Shown: positions 9,991 through 19,277 of the stretch, in pieces | Position numbering within the stretch: the first letter of the stretch is position 1 | How the letters are laid out: every line of letters begins with the position of its first letter | Virus record (IMG/VR): IMGVR_UViG_3300000176_000001 | Source of the DNA: a virus | Strand: one strand, 5' to 3' | DNA length: 64,000 nucleotides | Program-made: the position numbers and the translations under genes | The notes under the pieces: generated by a model | What the model saw: only the letters and a program-made list of their open reading frames with translations | Database searches by the model: none | What the model was told of the DNA's origin: nothing

Positions 9991-10186
9991 CTTCTACCTT
10001 AAACACACCATCGGCAAAATTACGAGCAGCACTCTCTACGTAGTGCATACTCTTGTCAGGATACTCGATGTCACCAATATTCACATCGTTATCAATGAAC
10101 TCAATAGATAGTGTTTCTTTGTTTAGGTGTATCTTGGCTACTCGCGTCTTATCGCTATTTGTGTACTCAGTTATCTTCATCGTCAT
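9971..10186 (-). CDS. Hypothetical protein
   Basis: 71 aa ORF overlapping both neighbours between uvsX and 41. Confidence 0.6.
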   Translation of the reverse strand: MTMKITEYTNSDKTRVAKIHLNKETLSIEFIDNDVNIGDIEYPDKSMHYVESAARNFADGVFKVEDVRRHL

Positions 10187-11216
10187 CTCCTAAGATTGCT
10201 CCTCCTGAACCCATCATGTAGCGGTTCTCAATATACTTAGCAAAGTCAGTGTCCTTAAAGAGCTTCATCCAAAACTCTTTATTATCGACGATGTCACCAG
10301 CACGCATACTAGGCGTGTGTACCTCGCCAGTCTCTTTGTCTACTGTAGCATACCAGCCAACTTTTGGCTTAATAATATACCCACCATCAACAGCGATGTC
10401 AAGAAGGCCAGACCATCGATTGATACCGCCCTCATAAGAGATAGTAATTGGAATCTTAGACTTTTCCTTAACATAGCGAGACTTCTCCACATTGATGACG
10501 AAGTGATATCCCTTGATCTCCTTGTCGTCCTTGTCTTGCTGACGACCAAGGATCCAGATATTATCAGATCCATAATAAGAACCTGTACCACCACCGACAA
10601 CATCCTTCGAGTACATCTCAATAGTCTTATAGGTGTGGTTGATGACTACCATAGGAATATCCTTGAGAGTCAAGTGAGGTGTGATCATGCGGAACAGAGA
10701 CTTAAGCTGTTTAGCGCGTGACATATCAGCTACAGACTTACCGTCCATAGCATCATCAACTTCTTTCTTAGAAGCAAGATTGCCAATAGAGTCAATAACG
10801 ATCATGACATGCTCATCGCGTGTCAACTCTTTCATCTGCTGCATGATGTCAAACTTTAACTCCTCGATATCGGTGATAGGAGTATGTACTACAGAGTCAA
10901 ACGGAATACCAAACGTGTTAAAGTATGATTGAGGAGTGCCGAACTCTGAGTCATAGAATAGTACTATACCATCTTTATACTTTTTTAGGAATGCTGACAC
11001 CATTAATAGGGCGAACCCCGTCTTGAAGTGTTTCGATGGACCAGCTAACATCGTAAGGCCTGGTGTTAACCCACCGTCCACTGTCCCAGATAAAGCTACG
11101 TTTATCATTGGCACCGGCGTCGGTATTATGTCTTTCTTTGTGAATATCTTGCTGTCTGTCAGAGTCGACGTCATGTCGATCGTCGAGTTCTTTATTAACT
11201 TGTCTCGTAGTAACAT
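10167..11216 (-). CDS. uvsX: RecA-like recombinase UvsX
   Basis: AGPSKHFKT P-loop, YDSEFG, IDSIGNLASKKE. Confidence 0.97.
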   Translation of the reverse strand: MLLRDKLIKNSTIDMTSTLTDSKIFTKKDIIPTPVPMINVALSGTVDGGLTPGLTMLAGPSKHFKTGFALLMVSAFLKKYKDGIVLFYDSEFGTPQSYFNTFGIPFDSVVHTPITDIEELKFDIMQQMKELTRDEHVMIVIDSIGNLASKKEVDDAMDGKSVADMSRAKQLKSLFRMITPHLTLKDIPMVVINHTYKTIEMYSKDVVGGGTGSYYGSDNIWILGRQQDKDDKEIKGYHFVINVEKSRYVKEKSKIPITISYEGGINRWSGLLDIAVDGGYIIKPKVGWYATVDKETGEVHTPSMRAGDIVDNKEFWMKLFKDTDFAKYIENRYMMGSGGAILGDDDEDN

Positions 11217-12018
11217 TTATATCTCCAAATACATTACTGTCAATATTCAATATACCATTTTCATCTATATTTGTAAACCTTTTTATTTGTGTTAATCCAT
11301 GATTGGCTGCCAATAAAAGAACCACAGCAAGCGGATCAAAAACAATAACAAGGAGAATAATAACCCACCTAACAGCCAATTCAAGATTTTCAGGTCCAGA
11401 GGTTCCATATAATGCCGCTGCGATATATTTAATCGGTCCAACTTCTGCCTCGAGTTTCTTAATGCCCGAGTCAAGTTTAACTTTTTGTGACTTGAGATTT
11501 GCAATAATCTCTGTATGTTGATTCTTTTGTTTTGTAAGGTCATCACGGATCTTTCTTTGTTTTTCAGCAGCCTGAAGAGAACTAGCGGCTTGACCTTTAT
11601 CAGTCATTTTTGTAACTGCAGCATCAATCTGAGATATTTGTTTATTTAAGTCGTCAATAGTCGCTTGCTCTACATCTATCTTAGTCTGTACTATCTGAGC
11701 ATCATCTGCATTACCAGTAGTTATGTTTATATTCTGCTCTATATGTGCTTTAGACAAGAAGCCAAAAGTACCCATGCTAGTTATAAGCATCAAGACTATA
11801 ACAGCTAATATAAGATATATCTTTAATAATAAAGGGCATTGCTTCCAATTATGGAATAGCCAGGTTGATCCTATAAGTTTACCAACCTCTAAAGCTGTAC
11901 CCATTACTATCACTGGATAGTAGGATGCAGAGAAAATAGCAGTTAGTCCTATGATGCTAAAGTATGCTGATACTCCTGATATGCAGAATGATACCAGCAA
12001 TGCTACGATATTAATCAT
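10975..12018 (-). CDS. Membrane protein with coiled coil
   Basis: Several TM helices flanking a long coiled coil; C-terminus overlaps uvsX by 242 nt. Confidence 0.7.
   Translation of the reverse strand: MINIVALLVSFCISGVSAYFSIIGLTAIFSASYYPVIVMGTALEVGKLIGSTWLFHNWKQCPLLLKIYLILAVIVLMLITSMGTFGFLSKAHIEQNINITTGNADDAQIVQTKIDVEQATIDDLNKQISQIDAAVTKMTDKGQAASSLQAAEKQRKIRDDLTKQKNQHTEIIANLKSQKVKLDSGIKKLEAEVGPIKYIAAALYGTSGPENLELAVRWVIILLVIVFDPLAVVLLLAANHGLTQIKRFTNIDENGILNIDSNVFGDINVTTRQVNKELDDRHDVDSDRQQDIHKERHNTDAGANDKRSFIWDSGRWVNTRPYDVSWSIETLQDGVRPINGVSIPKKV
11249..11277 (-). promoter_or_regulatory. Early-type promoter for uvsX (TTTACA-N17-TATATT)
   Basis: Variant of the recurrent TGTACA-N17-TAnnnT motif. 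Confidence 0.6.
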
Positions 12019-12286
12019 TGTCTACGTAGTCGTTTACTTTCTTAATGAATGCCTTTATTTTTTCAGATCTATCAGGCCACAGAATATATGTCTTATCTGG
12101 ATCTTTTGAGAGATTATTAAGCAGCGGCATTATCATATCGCGTAAGCCATGTAGTTTGTCTGTTAAGTCTGATGTAGTCTGTATTACTACCTTAGACTGC
12201 TCCTCAACTTTCTTTTTAAGCATTTCCTCGTGTGCTCGAAGCTCTTGCTCTGATACTAAACTAAAACCAAAATCATCTTCACTCAT
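12011..12286 (-). CDS. Conserved hypothetical protein downstream of gp43
   Basis: Likely start MSEDDFGFS; C-terminal PDKTYILWPDR motif. Confidence 0.7.
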   Translation of the reverse strand: MSEDDFGFSLVSEQELRAHEEMLKKKVEEQSKVVIQTTSDLTDKLHGLRDMIMPLLNNLSKDPDKTYILWPDRSEKIKAFIKKVNDYVDND

Positions 12287-12299
12287 TGTGTTACCTTTC

Positions 12300-14801
12300 T
12301 TAGCCAAAGAAGCTCTCCAAGTTTGCGACCTTCTCGGTCTGCCAACCGATGATGTTAGTGATAGACTTGAGCGGGTCGAGGAAGGCCTTCTCGAACTGCA
12401 TGTTACGATCAATGTACTTATCAATATTTAACTCAGGTGGAAGAGTGTCAGGTGCAGAGATCACGCTATCTCCAATAGGATTAGGGAACTTAAGATACGC
12501 AAATTTAATCTTGTCGCCGTTCTTGATAGGAGCGACATTCTTAACCTGATTGCGTTGTATAGCATGGTTAAACAGTAGTGCACCTTTGACTTGAATAGGT
12601 GTACCCTTCTCGTAGATAGTCCTAGAGTTGCGGTACTTCTCCATACCCTTAATACCACGAGGGAATGCCACCTGCTCAAATGGAAACTCCATAAACTTAG
12701 CACGGAAATCTTCAATGAACAGCTGAAGATCGTCTTCAGACTTATTCATGATGATAGTGAGTGCCTTCTTAATGTTCTCACGGCAAGAGTAAGGAGTAGA
12801 AGACCGCACAGCCGATAGCCCCGAAATCTTTAGCTTAGGCTCATCGTACTGTACACCCTCGATGTTCCATGCATTGAGCATGTACATCTTCTTGGCAATC
12901 CATATACCCTTGCTGGCGATCGTCTCACGCTTCATCTGCATCTTCTGCTGACGAGCATTCATCATGTCAGCGAGCTGCTGATAGCACTCGTTCATGTAAG
13001 GCTGAATGCGAGCCTCGATGAACTCATCTAGCATCTGAACGATCTTTAGCTCATCAGTCTCACCAGCCCAGCATACAAGACCGTCAAGCTCGATATAGAT
13101 GGAGTCAGTGTCAGAGGCGATGATGTAGTCCTTATTAGTCTTGAGCATCTTGTTTAAGAACTCATTCATCTTCTTCTCAATCCAGCGAATAGACAGCTGG
13201 CCAGATGTAGTTATGGCCTCCGCGTTGTTGAAGCTAAACCACCTGAAGTATTCATTCCCCAGTGCACCATAAGCAGAGTTGAGCTGAATCTTTTTTGCAA
13301 GTTGCATATTGTGGTAACGCGCGACGAGTTTGGCATCTTCACTAGACTTGGTTTTTTCGTATTTCTTTTTTGCCTCAAGCATCTTTTTCTTATACATCGA
13401 GCGGTCATTATACATCTTCTCCATTAGTGCAGGAAGGAACCCTTGTTTGTCTCTCTTGTATGCACAACCATTAGCAGCCCAAGAGAAACCCTCACCATTA
13501 CCTTCTGCGTAGTTATACTCACCAGACAAGAGTTGATCGATAGATGGGAATGATCCGGCACGAGCGTATAATGTTTCCGGACTAATATTGTACTGCATGA
13601 TAAGGTGAGGGTACAGCGAGTTTAAGTCAAACGACACGACCCACTTGCTAAGACCGACCTTAGGATCCTTAACATGACCACCGACTAAAGCCATAGGCAT
13701 AGCGTGTTTTGTAGATTGAGGGATGACAATATTCTGATCTAACAGATAGTTGTGTATGATAATATCCCATGGCTTGACAGTCGCCATAGTGTCATTGTAG
13801 TTGACCTTAGCATCGTACGCTAGAGCCATGACCTGCTCGATGAGTTTAAGTTTGTCCTCTAGTTTGTCTACGAGTACGCAGTCGTGTATATTATACTCGA
13901 TGAACTTTTGAAAGTCGTTCTTATATAACTCGAGCAGCGACCCGTGCTCAGAGTAGTCTATCTTCTTCTCACCGAGTTCCACTTGTGCGATATAGTCAAG
14001 CTTATACGACTCTTGATTTGAGAATGAAAACTTCTTATAGAGTTCTAGATAATCGAGTGAGGCGATACCGGCAATATCATACACGATATCTTTTTTACCA
14101 GATCCATTAGCGACTGACTGACCACGTGTAATCTCACGCTCCTGTACAAAACCCCATGGCGATAGCTTGTTAACATCCTTATCGCCTAATAGACGCCGAA
14201 TACGATTGACAAGATAGGGAATATCAAAGAACTCAGTATTCCATCCAGTTAAGATGTCAGGCATCCATGCATCAGACTGCCACACTTGCAGAAACTTCTG
14301 CAAGAGATCATACTCGTCCTCACACTTGAGATAGGAGATCTTAGAGTCATTGGTGTAGAAGTCGCCACAACCAAACACGGCTGACTGACCCTTGCTGCGA
14401 AGAGTGATTGCAGTGATAGCCTTGTCAGCTACTTGAATATTAGGGAAACCATCGTCAGATGCACACTCGATATCGAGTGATACAATATTAATAGTCGAAG
14501 GATCGTATTGTATCTCACCTTTATAGGTGTCATATATGTAAAGATACTGATAGTTAGTGAGGCCATAATACTCAAAATTGTCTACACCCTCATAGCGCTT
14601 GACAAAGTCGCGGGCCTCATACGCGCTATCAAAGTTTAACTTATCAACAGACTTACCATCTAGTGTCCTGTACTTACCCTTCTCAGATGGAAGGAATAGA
14701 TATGGCTTATACTTTATGACTTCTTTAGTTCGGATACCCATATCGTATCCGCGGCAGTACACTTTACCACCGCGGAGAAATACGTCTGTGTAAAACTTCA
14801 T
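12300..14801 (-). CDS. 43: Family B DNA polymerase gp43
   Basis: DIE exonuclease motif, SFDLNSLYPH, KIQLNSAYG, SDTDS. Confidence 0.98.
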   Translation of the reverse strand: MKFYTDVFLRGGKVYCRGYDMGIRTKEVIKYKPYLFLPSEKGKYRTLDGKSVDKLNFDSAYEARDFVKRYEGVDNFEYYGLTNYQYLYIYDTYKGEIQYDPSTINIVSLDIECASDDGFPNIQVADKAITAITLRSKGQSAVFGCGDFYTNDSKISYLKCEDEYDLLQKFLQVWQSDAWMPDILTGWNTEFFDIPYLVNRIRRLLGDKDVNKLSPWGFVQEREITRGQSVANGSGKKDIVYDIAGIASLDYLELYKKFSFSNQESYKLDYIAQVELGEKKIDYSEHGSLLELYKNDFQKFIEYNIHDCVLVDKLEDKLKLIEQVMALAYDAKVNYNDTMATVKPWDIIIHNYLLDQNIVIPQSTKHAMPMALVGGHVKDPKVGLSKWVVSFDLNSLYPHLIMQYNISPETLYARAGSFPSIDQLLSGEYNYAEGNGEGFSWAANGCAYKRDKQGFLPALMEKMYNDRSMYKKKMLEAKKKYEKTKSSEDAKLVARYHNMQLAKKIQLNSAYGALGNEYFRWFSFNNAEAITTSGQLSIRWIEKKMNEFLNKMLKTNKDYIIASDTDSIYIELDGLVCWAGETDELKIVQMLDEFIEARIQPYMNECYQQLADMMNARQQKMQMKRETIASKGIWIAKKMYMLNAWNIEGVQYDEPKLKISGLSAVRSSTPYSCRENIKKALTIIMNKSEDDLQLFIEDFRAKFMEFPFEQVAFPRGIKGMEKYRNSRTIYEKGTPIQVKGALLFNHAIQRNQVKNVAPIKNGDKIKFAYLKFPNPIGDSVISAPDTLPPELNIDKYIDRNMQFEKAFLDPLKSITNIIGWQTEKVANLESFFG

Positions 14802-14816
14802 AACAACTCCAATTAA

Positions 14817-15428
14817 TCAACTGAAGAGTTTAAGTGCCTCTTCATATAGAGCAGTGCGCTCTTCAAGTCCTATAGTACCACCATTGATACGTTTTGTACA
14901 ATGAATAATATCACCCGAGTCAGCTAATTCATTTAAATTATTTACACTCCAAAACCAACCCGCAGACATAGCTGCTCCTTCTTGTGTTTCTAGATACTCT
15001 ACAGCGTCATCAGGAACCATTCCCATGTCTTTTGCAAAATGAGAATAATTTGCTCTTCCTGTAAGTTGTATAAGACCACGGCCCCTAAACTTATATCCAT
15101 CACCAGAATCTTCATCACCATTTCCCATACGATTAGCATAGACACGATTAGCTATTTTCTCCGGATTATGGGCATAATCATCAGGATCTACATCATGAAA
15201 ATATTTTGGAAATGTACGTGTTAATCCTTCTGACTTATAATTTAAATTCTCTTGTGTGTGATTAAGTCCACCAGACTCATGGCCAACTTGTGCAAGAAAC
15301 ATAGCAATTCTTTGTGGTGTATTAATTTCAAATTTATCACATGCCTTGTTAAGTGGCTCAACGAATGAATCTATAATAGATTCTTTTGTGTCCTCAAAGA
15401 AGGACTCTAGATGATCTTTTGTAATCAT
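14817..15428 (-). CDS. Glycoside hydrolase family 19 endolysin
   Basis: FLAQVGHESGG, GDGYKFRGRGLIQLTGRANY, TKRINGG; likely start MITKDH after GGAG. Confidence 0.9.
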   Translation of the reverse strand: MITKDHLESFFEDTKESIIDSFVEPLNKACDKFEINTPQRIAMFLAQVGHESGGLNHTQENLNYKSEGLTRTFPKYFHDVDPDDYAHNPEKIANRVYANRMGNGDEDSGDGYKFRGRGLIQLTGRANYSHFAKDMGMVPDDAVEYLETQEGAAMSAGWFWSVNNLNELADSGDIIHCTKRINGGTIGLEERTALYEEALKLFS

Positions 15429-15440
15429 AATAATTCTCCA

Positions 15441-15476
15441 AAAATGATAATGGGGCATTGCGCCCCATTATTTATT
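15441..15476 (-). terminator. Terminator-like hairpin overlapping a late-type promoter (AATAAATA) upstream of the endolysin
   Basis: ATAATGGGGC/GCCCCATTAT stem followed by CATTTTT. Confidence 0.6.
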
Positions 15477-15528
15477 ACTTGCATCCCTCATTGATGATTA
15501 CGAGTTCATCTTCATTATAGGGCCACAT
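15475..15528 (-). CDS. Candidate 17-aa micropeptide MWPYNEDELVIINEGCK
   Basis: GAGG 6 nt upstream of the ATG; overlaps the end of the DUF1127 ORF. Confidence 0.4.
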   Translation of the reverse strand: MWPYNEDELVIINEGCK

Positions 15529-15682
15529 TGATAGCCTCACGAGAAATTCTGTTGATATCACAACGGTTAATACCAATATCAGCAAGATCTCTATCTGTTA
15601 GCTGATTAAGTTCTATGCGCGTGCGTCTTATTCTCTCCTCGCGCTTAAGCCAGGAGTTTATCTTTTCTAGTATCTGTGTCAT
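15515..15682 (-). CDS. DUF1127 family small protein (55 aa)
   Basis: Manual translation MTQILEKINSWLKREERIRRTRIELNQLTDRDLADIGINRCDI...; LxxLTDRDLADIGI signature; below the ORF-track size cutoff. Confidence 0.85.
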   Translation of the reverse strand: MTQILEKINSWLKREERIRRTRIELNQLTDRDLADIGINRCDINRISREAINVAL

Positions 15683-15684
15683 TT

Positions 15685-16182
15685 TTAGTCCTTAGTTTTA
15701 ATTTTATCTGTAGAAGTGACTTCTGTGATGTCGATCTTCTTGGGTTTCTTGTCCTCTGGAATGATGTGCTCAAGCCAAATCTTCAATAGACCATTAACTA
15801 AGGCAGCATTATTAACAACAACATTATCGGCTAGTGTGAACGAGCGAGTAAATGGGCGATCAGAGATGCCCTTGTGCAAGAAAGATTGATTAATACCATC
15901 TTCAACTAGTGTATCGACTGTAGTAGAACCCTTAACAATAAGCTTGTTATCTTCAAGAGTCATCTCTAGGTCTTGCTTGCCGAAGCCAGCAACAGCCATC
16001 TCGATAACATAAACATTATCGTCTGTCTTTTTTAAGTTGAATGGTGGATATGTAGCCATAGATGAGTTAGCTAGGTAGTTCGCTGTCTCTGTGAGACGGT
16101 CGGCAAACTTATCTGCGCCGACAAAGAACTTATTGAACTTATCGAGTTCTGCGAAAGTGTGATCGAATAGAAATTTAGTCAT
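15685..16182 (-). CDS. Small heat-shock protein Hsp20 (IbpA-like)
   Basis: YPPFNL, IEMAVAGF, FLHKGISDRPFTRSFTL, NGLLKI. Confidence 0.95.
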   Translation of the reverse strand: MTKFLFDHTFAELDKFNKFFVGADKFADRLTETANYLANSSMATYPPFNLKKTDDNVYVIEMAVAGFGKQDLEMTLEDNKLIVKGSTTVDTLVEDGINQSFLHKGISDRPFTRSFTLADNVVVNNAALVNGLLKIWLEHIIPEDKKPKKIDITEVTSTDKIKTKD

Positions 16183-16239
16183 GTAGACCTCCTGTTAGGC
16201 AAGGTTAATAATACAACGGAACCCGAAGCGATCCGTCAT
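16183..16239 (-). promoter_or_regulatory. ROSE-like RNA thermometer in the Hsp20 5' UTR
   Basis: A 5' hairpin with TTCG in its loop, then CCTTGCCT-aac-AGGAGG hairpin masking the SD with a bulged G. Confidence 0.6.
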
Positions 16240-16277
16240 ATACTATATATGTATCCAGAGTGAGTTTGTTAACCCCC

Positions 16278-16511
16278 TCAGTGATATTTTTTTCTAAGTT
16301 TTTCTTCAGTAGTAACCATTAGATTTTGCATGTTTGTATCACACAGAAATACCGGTGTTAAACCGACCATCCTAAAACTCTGTGCACCCTTAAGTAGCAT
16401 AGAAAAATTATTATCAGGATCTTCTTTCTCCATGTCTTTGGCGGCTTTAATCACCATCTCCTCAGGCATGACCATTAAGTTACTTACTCGTAATCCATAG
16501 ACTGTGTCCAT
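16278..16511 (-). CDS. Hypothetical protein
   Basis: 77 aa ORF with GGAG RBS. Confidence 0.65.
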   Translation of the reverse strand: MDTVYGLRVSNLMVMPEEMVIKAAKDMEKEDPDNNFSMLLKGAQSFRMVGLTPVFLCDTNMQNLMVTTEEKLRKKYH

Positions 16512-16535
16512 TGGAACTCCTTATTATTATTATTT

Positions 16536-17207
16536 TTAGTCCCACAACCCTCTATAGTATTTACCAAAAAGGATAAGTCCATTGGAGATACGAGCATTCC
16601 ACTTATCGTATCCCTCTCTGTCAAACTCGTGTGTATTGTTTGGTCCGTGGACCATCTCATACATCTTCTTACCGTTGATCTCAGTCTCTTCCCACCTAAT
16701 ATCATAGTTACCAGTATGGAATTGTGAGTCGGCATTTTCATCGAGAATCTGAGAGAATGCCCAGATCATCTCGTCGAGTACCCACTTCCATCTGTCGTGA
16801 TGATTGTCATCTGTGTCATACTCATTCTCTTTTGGAGGAGCAGCGGTTGACTTTAAATAATCGGGAACATCCTCGTCATCAACGAGCGGGGATCCATGCA
16901 TTACTTCTCTTAACTTGACAAGAGTAGGATGGATTATATAGGCAAGAGTATGATCCGCAGACCATACATCATATCCATCAATATGAACTTTAATCTTACG
17001 GTTCTTCCATGCAAAGAACTTATTGATTGTGATATTTAGTACGTCTTGCCACTTATCGATCAGCCAGATAACTGTCTTGTCCAGCTTAGTGTACTCTTCC
17101 TCCTCGACTTGCCAGCCGTACTCAACCTTGTGCATCATAGCCAAGTATGATTTTTCAAATTCGTGTGTTGACCAGTGAGGAACGTAGGGTCCAAGATATA
17201 CTTTCAT
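16536..17207 (-). CDS. Conserved hypothetical phage protein
   Basis: 223 aa; YDVWSADHTLA...HGSP...WVLDEMIWAF...FGKYYRGLWD. Confidence 0.75.
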   Translation of the reverse strand: MKVYLGPYVPHWSTHEFEKSYLAMMHKVEYGWQVEEEEYTKLDKTVIWLIDKWQDVLNITINKFFAWKNRKIKVHIDGYDVWSADHTLAYIIHPTLVKLREVMHGSPLVDDEDVPDYLKSTAAPPKENEYDTDDNHHDRWKWVLDEMIWAFSQILDENADSQFHTGNYDIRWEETEINGKKMYEMVHGPNNTHEFDREGYDKWNARISNGLILFGKYYRGLWD

Positions 17208-17217
17208 GTCGATATCC

Positions 17218-17225
17218 TATAAATA
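17218..17225 (+). promoter_or_regulatory. T4-type late promoter TATAAATA
   Basis: Exact gp55 consensus 21 nt upstream of the spanin gene. Confidence 0.8.
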
Positions 17226-17246
17226 CAAAAAAATGGGAGGTTCATT

Positions 17247-17588
17247 ATGGTTGCAAGACTACAGTTTTATATATTCATATTTGTCATACTATCGAGCGGA
17301 TTTGCTTATTGGAAAACCCAAATAGAAAAGCAAGCTTTAATGGCATATAACCAGAAGCAGCTTGAGCAGGTCATGAAAGACCAGCAGGCTTTCCAGGCCA
17401 AGATGGACGAGTTAAATTCCAAACAAAAAGATATTGAGAAAGATCTAACTGCGCAAAATCAAGAGATCGATACAAAGATGAAGAGTCTCGAAGATTATTT
17501 ATACTCAGCAGAGACAAAGCTGCTTGAGAAGCCAGCTACGATAATCTTAAAGAATACTATGTCCCAAATGAAGGGAAATACGAAATGA
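17247..17588 (+). CDS. Putative inner-membrane spanin (Rz-like)
   Basis: N-terminal TM helix plus coiled coil; ATGA overlap with a lipoprotein gene. Confidence 0.7.
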   Translation: MVARLQFYIFIFVILSSGFAYWKTQIEKQALMAYNQKQLEQVMKDQQAFQAKMDELNSKQKDIEKDLTAQNQEIDTKMKSLEDYLYSAETKLLEKPATIILKNTMSQMKGNTK

Positions 17589-17863
17589 AGAAGTTAATCC
17601 CACTCGTAGCAATAGTTCTTTCAGGCTGCCAGACTGCTGATGTACAGATGTTGACTACTAAGGAGCAAGTCGTCATAACACCCAGTGAGTCTATGTATAA
17701 CTGCCCAACAATTAGTAGTCTACCGGATCCCAAGACACTTACTGATCTTCAAGTAGCAAAGGTATTATTTGAGTTAAACAAGAATAACAGTGTCTGTAAA
17801 AATAGTATCACCTCCATCAAGAAATATCTTGAGGAGGCTAAGAAGACTGTTGAGAAGAAGTAA
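17585..17863 (+). CDS. Putative outer-membrane spanin lipoprotein (Rz1-like)
   Basis: Signal peptide with LSGC lipobox; Pro/Cys-containing periplasmic part. Confidence 0.7.
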   Translation: MKKLIPLVAIVLSGCQTADVQMLTTKEQVVITPSESMYNCPTISSLPDPKTLTDLQVAKVLFELNKNNSVCKNSITSIKKYLEEAKKTVEKK

Positions 17864-17981
17864 CGTAGCTATTTGCTACCGTTAACGAATTGGTTATGAT
17901 TACAACTCGATTGTTACGTGTTATGATGTATTGTCTCTTCCCCCGAGAAGATATACGAACACACACGTTGTACATCTCTCA

Positions 17982-18272
17982 TTAGTTACAAAATACACGA
18001 AAGACTGGCCGACCATAAAAGTCGTAGCCAACTAAAGCACGACGACATACAGGTTCATAATCAAAATACTGTTGCTGATATGGTTGTGCATACCTAGGTT
18101 GGCTCATGCCCTCGAGGATCCCACCAAGTATCATTCCGCCAACCAAGGGTGCAACCCAGTTGCCACCTCCACCACCACGATTGTAGTGATAGTGGTCATG
18201 GCGGTAGTAGCCATCAGCCATAGCTGGTGTGGCTAGTAGGGCAACGGCAGCGATGATCGCTAGCTTACGCAT
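17982..18272 (-). CDS. Secreted Gly/Tyr-rich protein of alphaproteobacterial type
   Basis: Signal peptide MRKLAIIAAVALLATPAMA; WVAPLVGGMILGG glycine zipper; C-terminal Cys pair. Confidence 0.6.
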   Translation of the reverse strand: MRKLAIIAAVALLATPAMADGYYRHDHYHYNRGGGGGNWVAPLVGGMILGGILEGMSQPRYAQPYQQQYFDYEPVCRRALVGYDFYGRPVFRVFCN

Positions 18273-18273
18273 G

Positions 18274-18498
18274 TTAGACTCCAAATGTATCAAGGGGGAT
18301 ACGGGCCGGTTGGGTAGTCATATTAAAGACAGACTCTATGTAGTCCAAGTCGAAGTCGTTGGTGTGAGAAGCTACAAATGTAACTACGTCACGAACGTCT
18401 CCAAGGCCTTCTTCCAAGATGGCACGCAGCACCAAAGTCTCCTGCAATTCCAGCTGGGCAGAGTAACGGTTCATATCTTCTTCGTTCCACATGATCAA
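18274..18498 (-). CDS. Hypothetical early protein
   Basis: ORF with GGAG RBS directly behind an early promoter. Confidence 0.6.
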   Translation of the reverse strand: MIMWNEEDMNRYSAQLELQETLVLRAILEEGLGDVRDVVTFVASHTNDFDLDYIESVFNMTTQPARIPLDTFGV

Positions 18499-18520
18499 TC
18501 TCCATATTGGCTATATTCTC

Positions 18521-18549
18521 AGTGTACACCATATTTAGATTAATGTACA
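18521..18549 (-). promoter_or_regulatory. Early promoter TGTACA-N17-TACACT
   Basis: Recurrent motif. Confidence 0.75.
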
Positions 18550-18550
18550 T

Positions 18551-18590
18551 AAAAAAATAGCGCCAGGACGGATCCCAGCGCTATTTTTTT
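18551..18590. terminator. Bidirectional intrinsic terminator
   Basis: AAAAAAATAGCGC...GCGCTATTTTTTT. Confidence 0.8.
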
Positions 18591-18603
18591 AATGTCAGAA
18601 GTA

Positions 18604-19254
18604 TTAGAACTTGACAGTCAGACCGAGCATAAATTGGTCGCCGGTAGCATTAAAGTTCGATGACGTATCAAAGTTTCGGTAGTACTTAGCACTGACGGCA
18701 TAGGCTGGAGTGACTTCATAGGTCACACCGGTACCTAGCTGGTTGCTCTGATAGCCATAGGTACCGGTATCAAAGGCAGTACGGTAACGATAGCTGACTG
18801 CATTCCATGTAAGCTTATCCATGACCTTGTAGTCTGCGCTTCCGTAGACTGCAACGTATGGGAAGTTAGCAGTAGTGAACTTCTCACCGACACCAACCTT
18901 ACCAGTTACCGAGAGTCCGGTCATTACTGGAAGGGTGTAGCTAGCCTGTGCCTCAAGGTTCTGGTTAAGCTGAGAACCAGGAACCTGGGTTGTCTGTGCC
19001 ATACCACCGATGGCAAAGCCATTACCCAGCTTGTGAGCATAGGTTAGCTGATAGATGTCATCAGTCTTGGAACCTAAGTTGCCAACAGCCGTATCCTGGC
19101 CATAAGCAGCTGTCAAACTATCGGTGCTCTCTGCTGGAACAGCAGCAGCTGCGACTGGGGTAGGCAATGGTGCCTTCTTCTTGTTAGGAAGATCAGTAGC
19201 ATATGCGGATGTTGCTGCAACAAGAGCAGCAATAGTCAATAGGGTCTTCTTCAT
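18604..19254 (-). CDS. Outer-membrane beta-barrel protein (Omp25/RopB-like N-terminus)
   Basis: Signal peptide, ATDLP motif, amphipathic beta strands, C-terminal Phe. Confidence 0.7.
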   Translation of the reverse strand: MKKTLLTIAALVAATSAYATDLPNKKKAPLPTPVAAAAVPAESTDSLTAAYGQDTAVGNLGSKTDDIYQLTYAHKLGNGFAIGGMAQTTQVPGSQLNQNLEAQASYTLPVMTGLSVTGKVGVGEKFTTANFPYVAVYGSADYKVMDKLTWNAVSYRYRTAFDTGTYGYQSNQLGTGVTYEVTPAYAVSAKYYRNFDTSSNFNATGDQFMLGLTVKF

Positions 19255-19277
19255 TTAGTACTCCTTGGTTATAATAA

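Noticed and set aside
12300-14801. Introns or inteins in gp43 (also checked gp41, gp17, gp20, gp23)
   Set aside because: The ORFs are continuous and of normal length, with no intein or intron signatures.
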